Source of the DNA: Candidatus Thorarchaeota archaeon
GTDB taxonomy: Archaea > Asgardarchaeota > Thorarchaeia > Thorarchaeales > Thorarchaeaceae
Reading direction: 5' to 3'
Assembly: GCA_020348985.1 (NCBI GenBank)
Contig: CP070761.1
Coordinates: forward strand, 441,980-497,749
Length of the DNA: 55,770 bases
In this document: positions 1 through 9,634 of the stretch, piece after piece
Layout: every line of letters starts with the position of its first letter
Position numbering within the stretch: position 1 is the stretch's first letter
Translations under genes and position numbers: made by a program
Notes under the pieces: model-generated
The model's database searches: none
Seen by the model: the letters and a program-made list of their open reading frames with translations, nothing else
What the model was told of the DNA's origin: nothing

Positions 1-33
1 GAAGAAACAAGCAGCACAATGAGCAATAGATGA

Positions 34-109
34 TGGTAGCCCCGCCAGGATTCGAACCTGGGTCGTGGGGACCAAAACCCCAAATGTTGGACCACTGCAC
101 CACGGGGCT
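34..109 (-). tRNA. tRNA-Gln(TTG)
   Basis: Reverse complement folds as a cloverleaf: AGCCCCG acceptor, anticodon arm GGGG-TT-TTG-GT-CCCC, GGTTCGAATCC T-arm, encoded CCA. Confidence 0.95.
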
Positions 110-137
110 ATTACTGACTGGGAGTCTCTGAGAAGGC

Positions 138-452
138 CTATTGAGATATTCCGAAGGGAATTCCCTTCTCCAAGATCTCTTCGGGAATTCTCTCCTTCCA
201 TCTTTCTAGGAAGGCGACCTCCCACTTTCGCTGCTTCTCATCGAGTCTCATATCGTCGGGCAACATGCAGGTAATCCGGTCAATGACTGGATACCATCGA
301 CCACATCCACCACATGTAATGAGAGCCTCGTCGATCTCCTCGACATCATCATCATTAACACGCATGGTGTGCGAGTCGAAGACAGCAAGGTCCAACGGCC
401 CCTCACAGTCCTCAGCAGGGCACTTCAAGAGATCCATCAGCCAGCGCTTCAT
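138..452 (-). CDS. Trm112-family methyltransferase activator
   Basis: MKRWLMDLLKCP...EALITCGGCGRWYPVID..I.CMLP matches the Trm112 pattern. Confidence 0.85.
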   Translation of the reverse strand: MKRWLMDLLKCPAEDCEGPLDLAVFDSHTMRVNDDDVEEIDEALITCGGCGRWYPVIDRITCMLPDDMRLDEKQRKWEVAFLERWKERIPEEILEKGIPFGISQ

Positions 453-584
453 CTTCTACTCCGCCTATGGTCGGTCTATCGCCTCACGATGTGCGTTTAA
501 AAATGATTCCAAGCAATCGAGCGTTGTTTATCCGAAAGGCTAATTGGGGGACACGAACCGCACAAATCAAACCAACCGTACCGG

Positions 585-2003
585 GTGGTGGCGTCAATAG
601 AATTCAGTCATCCCTATCTACCAATAACCAGTGACTCCGAAAAGGAAATGCTCGAGGCCATTAACAAGGAGTCTCTGGAAGACCTCTTTTGCAATATCCC
701 TGAGGAGTTCAGACTCAAACATGAACTTGACCTACCTGAGTCTCATACAGAAATGGAAGTTGCAGCGAGGATTCGAGAGCTAGCTGGGAAGAACATGCCA
801 AGCACTTCAGGACGCGTTTTCCTAGGTGCAGGTGTAGGTATTCACTACATACCGGCTGTAGTATCATCCCTAGCATCAAGGTCTGAATTCCTGACGTCCT
901 ATACAAGCTATCAACCTGAGATCAGCCAAGGAATGCTTCAGACACTGTTTGAGTATCAGAGCTTCATGGCTGAACTGCTCGAGATTGACGTTGTAAACAG
1001 CAGCATGTATGACATGGCGACTGCTCTTGGAGAGGCCGCTAAAATGGCAACGCGCGTAAAGAAGGGACGGTCGAAATTCCTGGTTCCCGGCACGATCAAT
1101 CCGATCAATCTCAAGGTCTTACATACTTACACTGATCCAGTTGGTATCGAAGTAGAGCAAGTTGAGTATGACAGTAAAAGCGGTCTTCTTTCTTTGTCAG
1201 ATCTGGAATCCAAGCTCGACGACCAAGTTGCGGGAGTCTATGTTGAAAACCCAAGCTATCTCGGTTTCCTAGAAACCCAAGTAGACCAGATTGAAGAAGC
1301 TACTCATCAGGCAGGTGCTCTTTTGGTTGCTGGTGTGGATGTATTGTCACTTGGACTTATACGACCTCCCGGGGATTACAGTGCAGACATCGTCATAGGG
1401 GAAGGACAGGTTCTGGGCTCTCCAATAACATATGGTGGACCCTTGCTGGGCATCTTTGGCTGCATTGACGACATGAAGATAATCCGACAAATGCCGGGGC
1501 GCCTTGTAGGAATCACTCGTACTACTGATGAACCCCACGAGCAAGGCTTCGTTCTGACACTCAGCCCTAGGGAGCAGCACATCAGGCGGGAACGCGCTAC
1601 CAGCAACATTTGCTCCAACCAAGCGATTGCCGCCGTGACTGCAGCAATTTACATTGCTGTTATGGGTCCTGTCGGAATCCGCCAACTCAGTGAGACTATT
1701 GCGCTCAAATCGAACTACGCAGCCAAGATGATCGATGAGATACCTGGTGCCAAAGCTCCCTCAATCGGTTCTTCGTTCTGGAAGGAATTCGTTGTCACCT
1801 TTGAAAACAACACAACTGCTCATCACGTTCACAGTGAGCTTCTCAAGAAGGGCTTTCATGGTGGCAAGATCCTAACAAATGAGTTTCCACGCCTTGGTGA
1901 ATCAATGCTATTCTGTGTTACAGAGTTTCATTCCGAGGATGCAATAGTGGGAATGGCAGGTGCCTTGCGTGACATTCTAACCAACGGAGGTGGTGCCAAA
2001 TGA
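585..2003 (+). CDS. gcvPA: Glycine dehydrogenase (decarboxylating) subunit 1
   Basis: FLGAG, YTSYQPEISQG.LQ..FEYQ, PGRLVG, REQHIRRERATSNICSNQ motifs. Confidence 0.97.
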   Translation: MVASIEFSHPYLPITSDSEKEMLEAINKESLEDLFCNIPEEFRLKHELDLPESHTEMEVAARIRELAGKNMPSTSGRVFLGAGVGIHYIPAVVSSLASRSEFLTSYTSYQPEISQGMLQTLFEYQSFMAELLEIDVVNSSMYDMATALGEAAKMATRVKKGRSKFLVPGTINPINLKVLHTYTDPVGIEVEQVEYDSKSGLLSLSDLESKLDDQVAGVYVENPSYLGFLETQVDQIEEATHQAGALLVAGVDVLSLGLIRPPGDYSADIVIGEGQVLGSPITYGGPLLGIFGCIDDMKIIRQMPGRLVGITRTTDEPHEQGFVLTLSPREQHIRRERATSNICSNQAIAAVTAAIYIAVMGPVGIRQLSETIALKSNYAAKMIDEIPGAKAPSIGSSFWKEFVVTFENNTTAHHVHSELLKKGFHGGKILTNEFPRLGESMLFCVTEFHSEDAIVGMAGALRDILTNGGGAK

Positions 2004-3550
2004 AGCTGCCAGAATATCGCCAAGCTAAATGGAGGGAACCACTCCTGTTTGAGCGGTCTAAACAGGGAGTTTTGGGACATCTGGCTCCTCGTGTAAGTGA
2101 GAGTCTCCGGAAGTCAGTCGGTCCAGTTGGTTCCATTATTCCTTCTGAGTTGAGCAGGAAGCACGCTCCTAAGCTTCCGGAGGTTTCGGAAGTTCAGGCA
2201 GTGCGACACTATACCAGGCTTTCACAGATGAACTTCTCAGTCTCTTCAGGCACATACCCGCTCGGTAGCTGTACTATGAAGTACAATCCGATCGTTAATG
2301 ATCAGGCAGCCGGAAGCGACGGATTCGCTTGGCTTCATCCCTACCAGGATGTGTCTATGACACAGGGAGCGCTCGAGTTGATGTGGGAGCTTGAGCGATG
2401 GTTGGCAGAGATTACCGGAATGGATGCAACAACGCTTCAGCCATCTGCAGGAGCGCAGGGAGAGTTCACAGGAGTTCTCTTGATGAGAGAATACCATCGG
2501 AGCGTTAGCGGTGAATCAAATGGCAGGGACGAGATGTTGATTCCTGATGCCGCCCACGGTACTAATCCAGCGTCAGCCGCGATGGCAGGATACAAGGTTG
2601 TAGTTCTTCCCTCAAGCCAGGAAGGTCTCGTGGACACTGAGGCAGTGAAGAGCGTTGCTGGACCCAAAACGGCAGGACTCATGTTAACGAATCCCAATAC
2701 AATAGGGGTCTTTGAGAAGGATATCAAGGAGGTTTCGGGTATCGTTCATGATGCCGGCGGCCTTCTGTACTATGATGGCGCGAATTTCAATGCCATTATG
2801 GGGATAACACGGCCCGGAGACATGGGATTCGATGTTGTACATCTGAACCTACACAAGACCTTCTCCACTCCCCACGGCGGTGGTGGGCCTGGTGCGGGAC
2901 CTGTAGGAGTCAAAGACAAGCTAGCTGAATACCTTCCCATACCACGAGTTGTGAGGACCGACGAAGGCCTATTTGATCTCAGTTACGACTATCCCAATTC
3001 GATTGGCAAAGTTCACGGCTTCTATGGGAATTTTGGCGTTCTTGTGAGGGCATATACATTCATCTATGCACTAGGCAGACGGGGCTTAAGGCGTGCGTCG
3101 GAATCAGCAGTACTAAATGCCAATTACGTTGCTGAACATGTTTGTAGCATTCGTGGTTTGAGTCTGCCCTACTCTCAAGACGATCCCAGAATGCACGAAT
3201 GTGTCATCTCGGCGAAGCAGCTAGAAGAAGAAACAGGGGTCACAGCGATGGACATTGCAAAGCGACTCTTAGACTTTGGAATCCATGCACCCACAGTCTA
3301 CTTCCCTTTGATTGTCCCTGAGGCGTTGATGATCGAACCAACAGAGAGCGAATCAAGACAGGAGCTCGACTACTTCATTGAAGTGATGAATCAAATCTCA
3401 GACGAAGCCTACGAATCTCCTGATAAGGTCAAGAACGCTCCCTACTCAACGGCCTTCCGGCATCTTGATGAGTATCGAGCTGCTCATCCTAAGACGCTGG
3501 CATTATCGTGGCGCATGTACAATGAGAAATTTGCAGGTGATGATGATTGA
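2000..3550 (+). CDS. gcvPB: Glycine dehydrogenase (decarboxylating) subunit 2
   Basis: YPLGSCTMKYNP, AHGTNPASA, HLNLHKTFSTPHGGGGPG (PLP Lys); ATGA overlap with gcvPA. Confidence 0.97.
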   Translation: MKLPEYRQAKWREPLLFERSKQGVLGHLAPRVSESLRKSVGPVGSIIPSELSRKHAPKLPEVSEVQAVRHYTRLSQMNFSVSSGTYPLGSCTMKYNPIVNDQAAGSDGFAWLHPYQDVSMTQGALELMWELERWLAEITGMDATTLQPSAGAQGEFTGVLLMREYHRSVSGESNGRDEMLIPDAAHGTNPASAAMAGYKVVVLPSSQEGLVDTEAVKSVAGPKTAGLMLTNPNTIGVFEKDIKEVSGIVHDAGGLLYYDGANFNAIMGITRPGDMGFDVVHLNLHKTFSTPHGGGGPGAGPVGVKDKLAEYLPIPRVVRTDEGLFDLSYDYPNSIGKVHGFYGNFGVLVRAYTFIYALGRRGLRRASESAVLNANYVAEHVCSIRGLSLPYSQDDPRMHECVISAKQLEEETGVTAMDIAKRLLDFGIHAPTVYFPLIVPEALMIEPTESESRQELDYFIEVMNQISDEAYESPDKVKNAPYSTAFRHLDEYRAAHPKTLALSWRMYNEKFAGDDD

Positions 3551-3918
3551 AGCTTGAGAGAAACGTGAACTCGCACAAGATAGTCTTTGAAGCAAAAGAC
3601 ATCGGTAAGGACCTGCTCATTGCTATCTTTGGAGGAGATGAGCATCATATTGGCGGTGTGGCAATCGCCTATCCGACTGAAAGCCATTACCGAACTGCGA
3701 CAACCGTGAGCCTGAGCTCAATGGCGTTCCCTGGACACAAAGACTACGTTGTTGCCAACACTGCCGCAGAGAAGATCGCCAAGGCCCTAGAAACTCCCAC
3801 AGTTGTTGCAGTTGGTATTCACATTGACAATGCGCCATGGGAGACGATAGAGGCAGTCATCAAGGCAGTGGATGAGCTCGTTGACGAATTCATTGCGCAA
3901 TATGGAAAGCCTGAATAA
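3547..3918 (+). CDS. LpdD/PAC4-like small protein
   Basis: GGDEHHIGGVAIA...PGHKD...VAVGIHIDNA pattern recalled from LpdD-like proteins; overlaps the gcvPB stop. Confidence 0.6.
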   Translation: MKLERNVNSHKIVFEAKDIGKDLLIAIFGGDEHHIGGVAIAYPTESHYRTATTVSLSSMAFPGHKDYVVANTAAEKIAKALETPTVVAVGIHIDNAPWETIEAVIKAVDELVDEFIAQYGKPE

Positions 3919-3951
3919 CGTTTCCCAGAATGGGTTGGCGGGGTCAGCCAG

Positions 3952-4233
3952 TTGCGAATCCAATTCAAGTGCTTCGGTCCGATAAGAAGAGCCCTAGGTA
4001 CAAAGCTCCTAGATATCGAAGCTGAAGAGGGATCGACAGTCGGTGATATTGTTGATAAGGTCGTTGAGATGGGCGGAGAAGAGGTTCGTGATCTAGTCAA
4101 GCCTCAGGGCAGAATCAGTGGCAATCTCATCATTATGCTGAATCAAAAAGACGTAACCACTATTGGCGGTGTCACGACCATAGTCAAAGAGGGTGATACC
4201 GTTTCGCTTCTACCTCACGTCCAGGGTGGTTAG
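3952..4233 (+). CDS. MoaD/ThiS-family ubiquitin-like protein (SAMP)
   Basis: 93 aa beta-grasp pattern ending EGDTVSLLPHVQGG. Confidence 0.92.
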   Translation: MRIQFKCFGPIRRALGTKLLDIEAEEGSTVGDIVDKVVEMGGEEVRDLVKPQGRISGNLIIMLNQKDVTTIGGVTTIVKEGDTVSLLPHVQGG

Positions 4234-4239
4234 GCCGTC

Positions 4240-5529
4240 ATGAGTAGCACGTTCTATCTCGAAACCTATGGGTGCTCTTTGAACAAGGCCGACTCGGACA
4301 TCATTGTCGGTCGACTTCATGACATAGGCCTCTCGAGAAATGAAACCCCAAATGATGCAGATCTAATAATCGTCAACACTTGCGGTGTGAAGGAGCCTAC
4401 TGAGGACCGAGCAATACACCGAATTACAGAGCTCACTCAGATTGGCCGTCCTATAGTAGTCACTGGATGCCTTCCCAGAATATCATTGCCGCGCCTGAAG
4501 AGTGCAGTACCGTCTTTTGCAGCAATTCTCGGACCTCAGTCAATTGACTCTCTCGGCGCAGTCATTTTGCGAGTTCTCAAAGGTGAGAGGGGGATTATGC
4601 ATCTCGACTCTGATCAGAGCTCGAAACTGCAATTCTTTGAAGGACCTCCGGAAACCGTTGTATGTACTGTACCAATCTGTGAAGGTTGTCTCGGACACTG
4701 TACATATTGCGCCGTCAGAACTGCACGTGGCGAAGTGCGAAGCTATTCGATAGATGAGATAACGGAAGTTGTCCGCAGATGCACTCATCTTGGATATCGA
4801 GAGATAAGACTCACGTCACAAGACTCTGGAGCATTCGGGGCTGATTCTGGTGAGACATTGGTACAGCTTCTAAAGAGACTGGACACTATTCCAGGTGAAC
4901 ACATGTTCAGGCTGGGTATGTTCAACCCAGACCTTGTCATCGATTCCTTGTCGAGCATGCTGGATGTTATGAAGTCCAATCACTTCTTCCGTTTCTTTCA
5001 CGCACCACTACAATCCGGAAGTGACAGAGTCCTAGAATCCATGGGTCGCAAATACAGCCTGAACGAGTGGTTGCAGGTGGTTACCGACATAAGAGGGAGA
5101 TTCCCAGATTCCACGATTGCCACTGACATCATAGTTGGCTTCCCTGGCGAAACCGAAGATGATTTCGACCAGACTGTCGAACTCATCTCGAGAGTGCGAC
5201 CAGAGGTCGTCAATATCTCGAAATACGGCGACCGACCCGGAACCATCGCATCAAAGTCAAAGGACAAGGTGGACACCGAAGTCAAGAAGGACCGCAGTAG
5301 ACGATTATCTAGACTAGTCTGGGATCAGGCCACAGAGATGAACAAAGCTTGGATCGGGCGAGCAGTTGAGGTTCTTGTCACGGAAGGGGCTCCGAAGGGC
5401 GGATTACTTTGTAGAACCAAGTCCTACAAGCCAGTTATAGTCCATAGTGATCTGAATCTGGGGGAGACCTTAGAAGTCACAATATCATCTGCAGAAAAGA
5501 GTCATCTTACAGGAACTGTCAACCCCTAG
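4240..5529 (+). CDS. mtaB: tRNA t6A37 methylthiotransferase (MtaB/CDKAL1-type, MiaB-like radical SAM)
   Basis: ETYGCSLN, NTCGVK, VTGCL UPF0004 domain; GCLGHCTYC; TDIIVGFPGET; C-terminal TRAM. Confidence 0.9.
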   Translation: MSSTFYLETYGCSLNKADSDIIVGRLHDIGLSRNETPNDADLIIVNTCGVKEPTEDRAIHRITELTQIGRPIVVTGCLPRISLPRLKSAVPSFAAILGPQSIDSLGAVILRVLKGERGIMHLDSDQSSKLQFFEGPPETVVCTVPICEGCLGHCTYCAVRTARGEVRSYSIDEITEVVRRCTHLGYREIRLTSQDSGAFGADSGETLVQLLKRLDTIPGEHMFRLGMFNPDLVIDSLSSMLDVMKSNHFFRFFHAPLQSGSDRVLESMGRKYSLNEWLQVVTDIRGRFPDSTIATDIIVGFPGETEDDFDQTVELISRVRPEVVNISKYGDRPGTIASKSKDKVDTEVKKDRSRRLSRLVWDQATEMNKAWIGRAVEVLVTEGAPKGGLLCRTKSYKPVIVHSDLNLGETLEVTISSAEKSHLTGTVNP

Positions 5530-6529
5530 AACGGACTTCTATCTCAACAACCTGTCCAGTTTTCGCACTTTTCCTAGTTGCTTCGACAATCTCGAGGGCA
5601 GCGATTCCATCTTCGAGGCCTACTTGTGGTTTTTCACCGCTTTCTATGCATCCTAAGAAGTCACTAATCACTTCTCCAAGAGGCTCTCCATAGACTTTGA
5701 TTGTTGCACCCTTTTCATGTAGTCTAATCGTTCTGCTGTCAGCAGACGGTTCTTGATCAAGATCCTGAACTTTGATAATCTGTGCGAACAAATCGAGGCT
5801 TAGAGTTCCCTTTGTGCCTGAAACATCAAGATTTCTCCTCCTTCCTACGTACTGGCGTGACAGAAGAAACAAGTGTTCAGTACCATCTTCGAAGCTAATC
5901 ATGACCGTTCCAGCATTGAAGATGCCACCTTCACTATTGCCTTGAGCATACAGGCGCGCTCTCCCACTACTGATTCTGGCCATTATGTCGAAGTCATGAA
6001 CTCCAATGTCAACAAAGACATCTCCCAGAGCCGGGATTCGTTCAGGTTGGACAAAACCTCTCCGATCATGAATGACGGAACGAGGTGTGCCAATATCACC
6101 TGATTTGATGAGGCTAAGAGCTCTACTTAGAACTGGATTGTAGATCTCCGAATGCGAAATCACAGCAATGATGCCATTATCCTGAAGGGCTTCTGCGACT
6201 TTCTTTGCCTCCTCTAAGGTATCTGCCAATGGCTTTTCGATTAAGACTCCCTTTATGTTACCGAAGTTCTTTGCGATATCCTTCGCTATGTCGGCGTGCG
6301 TACTTGAAGGAGTAGAGATTATCACTCCATCCAAGTCAACCTCCGAAAGCATGGTTCGATAATCCTTGTATGCCTTCACGCCGTATTTCTTGGCTTCAGA
6401 TTCTGCTCGTGCTAAATCTTGGTCAGCGACTGCAACAAGCGCACGCACGCTGTTCAATACACGCGCATGAATACGGCCCATGTTTCCTGCCCCGATGATT
6501 CCTATCTTGGGAGTCGTCATCATCCTCAT
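5519..6529 (-). CDS. Gfo/Idh/MocA family oxidoreductase
   Basis: IGIIGAGNMGRIH, EKPLA, DIGVHDFD motifs; true start probably ~6520. Confidence 0.9.
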   Translation of the reverse strand: MRMMTTPKIGIIGAGNMGRIHARVLNSVRALVAVADQDLARAESEAKKYGVKAYKDYRTMLSEVDLDGVIISTPSSTHADIAKDIAKNFGNIKGVLIEKPLADTLEEAKKVAEALQDNGIIAVISHSEIYNPVLSRALSLIKSGDIGTPRSVIHDRRGFVQPERIPALGDVFVDIGVHDFDIMARISSGRARLYAQGNSEGGIFNAGTVMISFEDGTEHLFLLSRQYVGRRRNLDVSGTKGTLSLDLFAQIIKVQDLDQEPSADSRTIRLHEKGATIKVYGEPLGEVISDFLGCIESGEKPQVGLEDGIAALEIVEATRKSAKTGQVVEIEVRSRG

Positions 6530-6731
6530 CTCGTAGGGAATTAAGAAGCTCCCACAGTGCTAGGCCTTTATACATTGCCATTGTCATGCATTGAACTGCC
6601 TTAACGCGCTCTTGGACCAGGTTGCGTCCGTTCTGACTGCTTTTTTCCATCTGTCAACCAGCATTCTGTTGGAATGCGCCGTGGGTACCTTATATCGCTG
6701 AAGAAGCACCTAGTAACTGAAAGTACTGAAG

Positions 6732-6918
6732 GAAAGAGGAAACTTCCAGGGTCCTCCGGATGAGTGGGTTTAAGCAAGACCTCTCGATGCGCCTCCCTCC
6801 CAACTCGGCTCTCACCACCATCCACTGTATTGGAGGACCCATCCTTCTGGAACACTAACCCCTCTCTCATCCCCCGGCCAGCCTCTGTTCTATAGAGGTC
6901 GGCCGCCATGGTGGATGC
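6732..6918. ncRNA. Candidate structured ncRNA (two long hairpins) downstream of tRNA-Leu
   Basis: Inverted repeats TTCCAGGGTCCTCC/GGAGGACCC..CTGGAA, GGATGAGTGG/CCACCATCC and CGGCCAGCCTCT/AGAGGTCGGCCG in a non-coding gap. Confidence 0.45.
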
Positions 6919-6958
6919 CATTGCGATTTTGAGAAGAAGAACAGCATGTGAGAATGAG

Positions 6959-7046
6959 TGGTGCGGAGGGCGAGATTTGAACTCGCGAACACCTACGTGA
7001 CTAGGCCCTCAACCTAGCGCCTTTGGCCAGGCTTGGCAACCTCCGC
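6959..7046 (-). tRNA. tRNA-Leu(GAG)
   Basis: Anticodon arm CTAGG-TT-GAG-GG-CCTAG, long variable arm, encoded CCA. Confidence 0.95.
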
Positions 7047-7227
7047 ACGTCTAGATGTCGTCTTTAGGCTGTCAATACCACTCCGATTTCTATCCGGTGA
7101 TAAGGATTTCTGTATTTTCTAAGTTGAGAGTCATGCATATGATATTCTCCAGAGAATCACAGACAAGTCTCTGGGTCAAAACAATCCATCATATGAAACA
7201 CATATCAGCCACGGCTCTTAACGGGCA

Positions 7228-7908
7228 TTGGTGAAATGTTTGGCCATAACTATACGCTGTCTAGCACATGCAAGCTTTCAAATCAAGACAGAGACCCAGA
7301 ACATCTACATTGACCCTTCAACACAACATACGGATCTGAAGGAGAAGGATTTCGAGCCTGCAGATTTGATTCTTGTGACTCATCCCCATCAGGATCACTT
7401 CGACAAGAAACTCCTCAAGAAGATCCGTAAGTTAGGGAGCCCGATTATTGCACCTCCAAGTGTACGAGAACAGATGAAGGGTGGTGTGGTCTGGGATGTT
7501 GGGCCCGGACAGTTCATGCAGTTGAGCAGCGGAATCGACGTCAGGGCCGTTGACGCCTACAACATCAAGAGATTCCGACCGAATGGTGAACCTTTCCATC
7601 CCAAAGGCCAGGGTGTCGGCTATATTCTGAAGATTGAGGGTAAGAGAATCTACCACGCGGGGGACACCGATCTAATTCCGGAGATGGAGGGTTTATTCAA
7701 CATAGACGTTGCACTACTTCCCAGTGGTGACACCTACACAATGGACATCGCCGAAGCGTCGGAAGCCGCAACAATGATCAATCCAGAAGTGGCAATCCCG
7801 ATGCACCTCAAAGGATCAGACCCGGAGGTCTTCAAAAATAACGTCGAGGGCAAATCCTCGACAAAGGTTGTCATTCTTGGCGAAGGTGAAGAATACACAC
7901 TAGAGTGA
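7228..7908 (+). CDS. MBL-fold metallo-hydrolase (UlaG-like)
   Basis: HASF, IDP, THPHQDHFD, YHAGDT, IPMH motifs. Confidence 0.92.
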   Translation: MVKCLAITIRCLAHASFQIKTETQNIYIDPSTQHTDLKEKDFEPADLILVTHPHQDHFDKKLLKKIRKLGSPIIAPPSVREQMKGGVVWDVGPGQFMQLSSGIDVRAVDAYNIKRFRPNGEPFHPKGQGVGYILKIEGKRIYHAGDTDLIPEMEGLFNIDVALLPSGDTYTMDIAEASEAATMINPEVAIPMHLKGSDPEVFKNNVEGKSSTKVVILGEGEEYTLE

Positions 7909-8263
7909 ACAGAGCCCTTCTGTTAGAAAACGAAGTTGATTGACGCTTATCTTCCTAGTATGCTGGGAGATGTTGGAGAGATTAGTTCCTGAGAGATGCT
8001 GCAGGGACAAATACGCGGAGACTAGGAACATGCAGTTTCTGATATCGTCCTATCTCCCCGTAAGTTCAGAATTGAGTCGATAGCAAGGACTATCTAGTAG
8101 TTCCCGCGAGCCACTCAAAGAAAGCTGATTGCGCTCGCTTCTTCTTGTTCTTCTTTTGATTGCTTAGTTTCATTTTTCATACTTCCAGTCATGAAACTCC
8201 TTGTTGAGGCTAAAAGACGTTTAGGCAGCTGCACATGAATCTACACAAAGTAGTACATCATTC

Positions 8264-8422
8264 CTAGTCTTTAGCGTGCAGCTGGAAGCTTACTTCCATC
8301 GCATTATCAAACATTGACGAGCCAAGCCTAGATCTTTCAGGTGAACCAGGCAGCAGAACATACCGAGAAGTATCACCCTCCTTCAGATTGGGATGCGGAA
8401 CCTTGCCATCTAGGTTCCTCAT
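8264..8422 (-). pseudogene. Uridine phosphorylase N-terminal fragment
   Basis: PHPNLKEGDTSRYVLLPGSPER resembles the Udp N-terminus (LPGDPxR); stops after ~52 codons. Confidence 0.65.
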
Positions 8423-8487
8423 TACTCTTGAATGAGCCATGAACCAGAATGTGCCTATTTGCCACATAGACACTATGTGGCAAAGTA

Positions 8488-8563
<76 letters not shown>

Positions 8564-8641
8564 TTGGTCAAACGTGCCTCCAATGGTGACTGCTATAAAA
8601 CTTATCATGAACCCGGATTGAACCAACTGTGAGGCCTTCAT

Positions 8642-9634
8642 ATGAAACTCGGAGAGATGGGCGAACGAGCGTTTCTGTCCAGCATACGCGACTTTGTATC
8701 GGAGATAGAGGGAAGTGTCTTGGGATTCGATGAAGATGCTTCTGACTTCCCTTTGGATAAGGGCACCAGTCTTGTTGTCAATGTGGATACATTTGTTGGT
8801 TCAACCGATTGGCTACCTGGTATGACAGAGGCTCAAGTAGGAAGGAAGACCGCAGTCATGGCACTGAGTGACATTGTCGCCAAGGGGGCTAAGGCCAAGG
8901 CAACTATGCTCTCACTAAGTGTTCCTGCTGAATCCGAAGTAAAGAAGGCTGAGGAGCTGATTCGCGGTTTTTCCCAGTTTTGTCTGAAATCTGACGTTCC
9001 TTTCATCGGAGGAGATGTTGGCACTACCCCGGACACGGTTCTTACGGCAATCGCTCTCGGTATTGCAGAGTCGGAGAGAATCGTAACAAGAGGCGGCGCA
9101 AATGAGGGTGACACGATTGCAGTAACCTCGCCGTTCGGACTGACCTCGATAGCGTTCAAGATCTTGATTGACGGTCTGGGAGCCGAAGAATCACTGAGAA
9201 TGGAGGCTATCAAGGCTGCGTACAAACCTAGGATTGATTTTGGTCTTGTGGCGGCATTGTCCAAACAAGTTGCCGTGTCAAGCGCAATGGACAGTAGTGA
9301 TGGTCTTGGAATAACTCTCAACACAATGGCTTCACAATGCCAACTTGCTTTCGTCATAGACCACGTGCCCGCAGCGGAAGGAGTCGACGAATTCGCAAAG
9401 AAGAACCGTCTGAACCCTTTGGATCTAGTGATGCGAGGAGGAGAGGAGTTTGCGCTCGTCCTCACAATTCCTGAAAAGAAACTGGATGATGCATTACGCA
9501 TAGCCGAGAAAGAACAGGCCATCCTCATCCCTATCGGCACAGTTGTGAAGGGAGAGGGAGTTTCACTAAAGTCATCTGAAGGACTCATAGATATTTCAGC
9601 AGAAGGCTATGACAGCTTTAGGGAATGGCGCTGA
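8642..9634 (+). CDS. thiL: Thiamine-monophosphate kinase
   Basis: LSDIVAKGA, IGGD, AMDSSDGL, GGEEFALV motifs. Confidence 0.92.
   Translation: MKLGEMGERAFLSSIRDFVSEIEGSVLGFDEDASDFPLDKGTSLVVNVDTFVGSTDWLPGMTEAQVGRKTAVMALSDIVAKGAKAKATMLSLSVPAESEVKKAEELIRGFSQFCLKSDVPFIGGDVGTTPDTVLTAIALGIAESERIVTRGGANEGDTIAVTSPFGLTSIAFKILIDGLGAEESLRMEAIKAAYKPRIDFGLVAALSKQVAVSSAMDSSDGLGITLNTMASQCQLAFVIDHVPAAEGVDEFAKKNRLNPLDLVMRGGEEFALVLTIPEKKLDDALRIAEKEQAILIPIGTVVKGEGVSLKSSEGLIDISAEGYDSFREWR

Noticed and set aside
6660-6920. RNase P RNA, 5S rRNA or SRP RNA
   Set aside because: The GAGGAAAC-like and AACAGA-like motifs lie on opposite strands; the 5S-like words are out of order; no SRP helix-8 motif is present.
6601-6921. 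106-aa minus-strand ORF
   Set aside because: No recognisable motif, and it coincides with the strongly base-paired element; probably non-coding.
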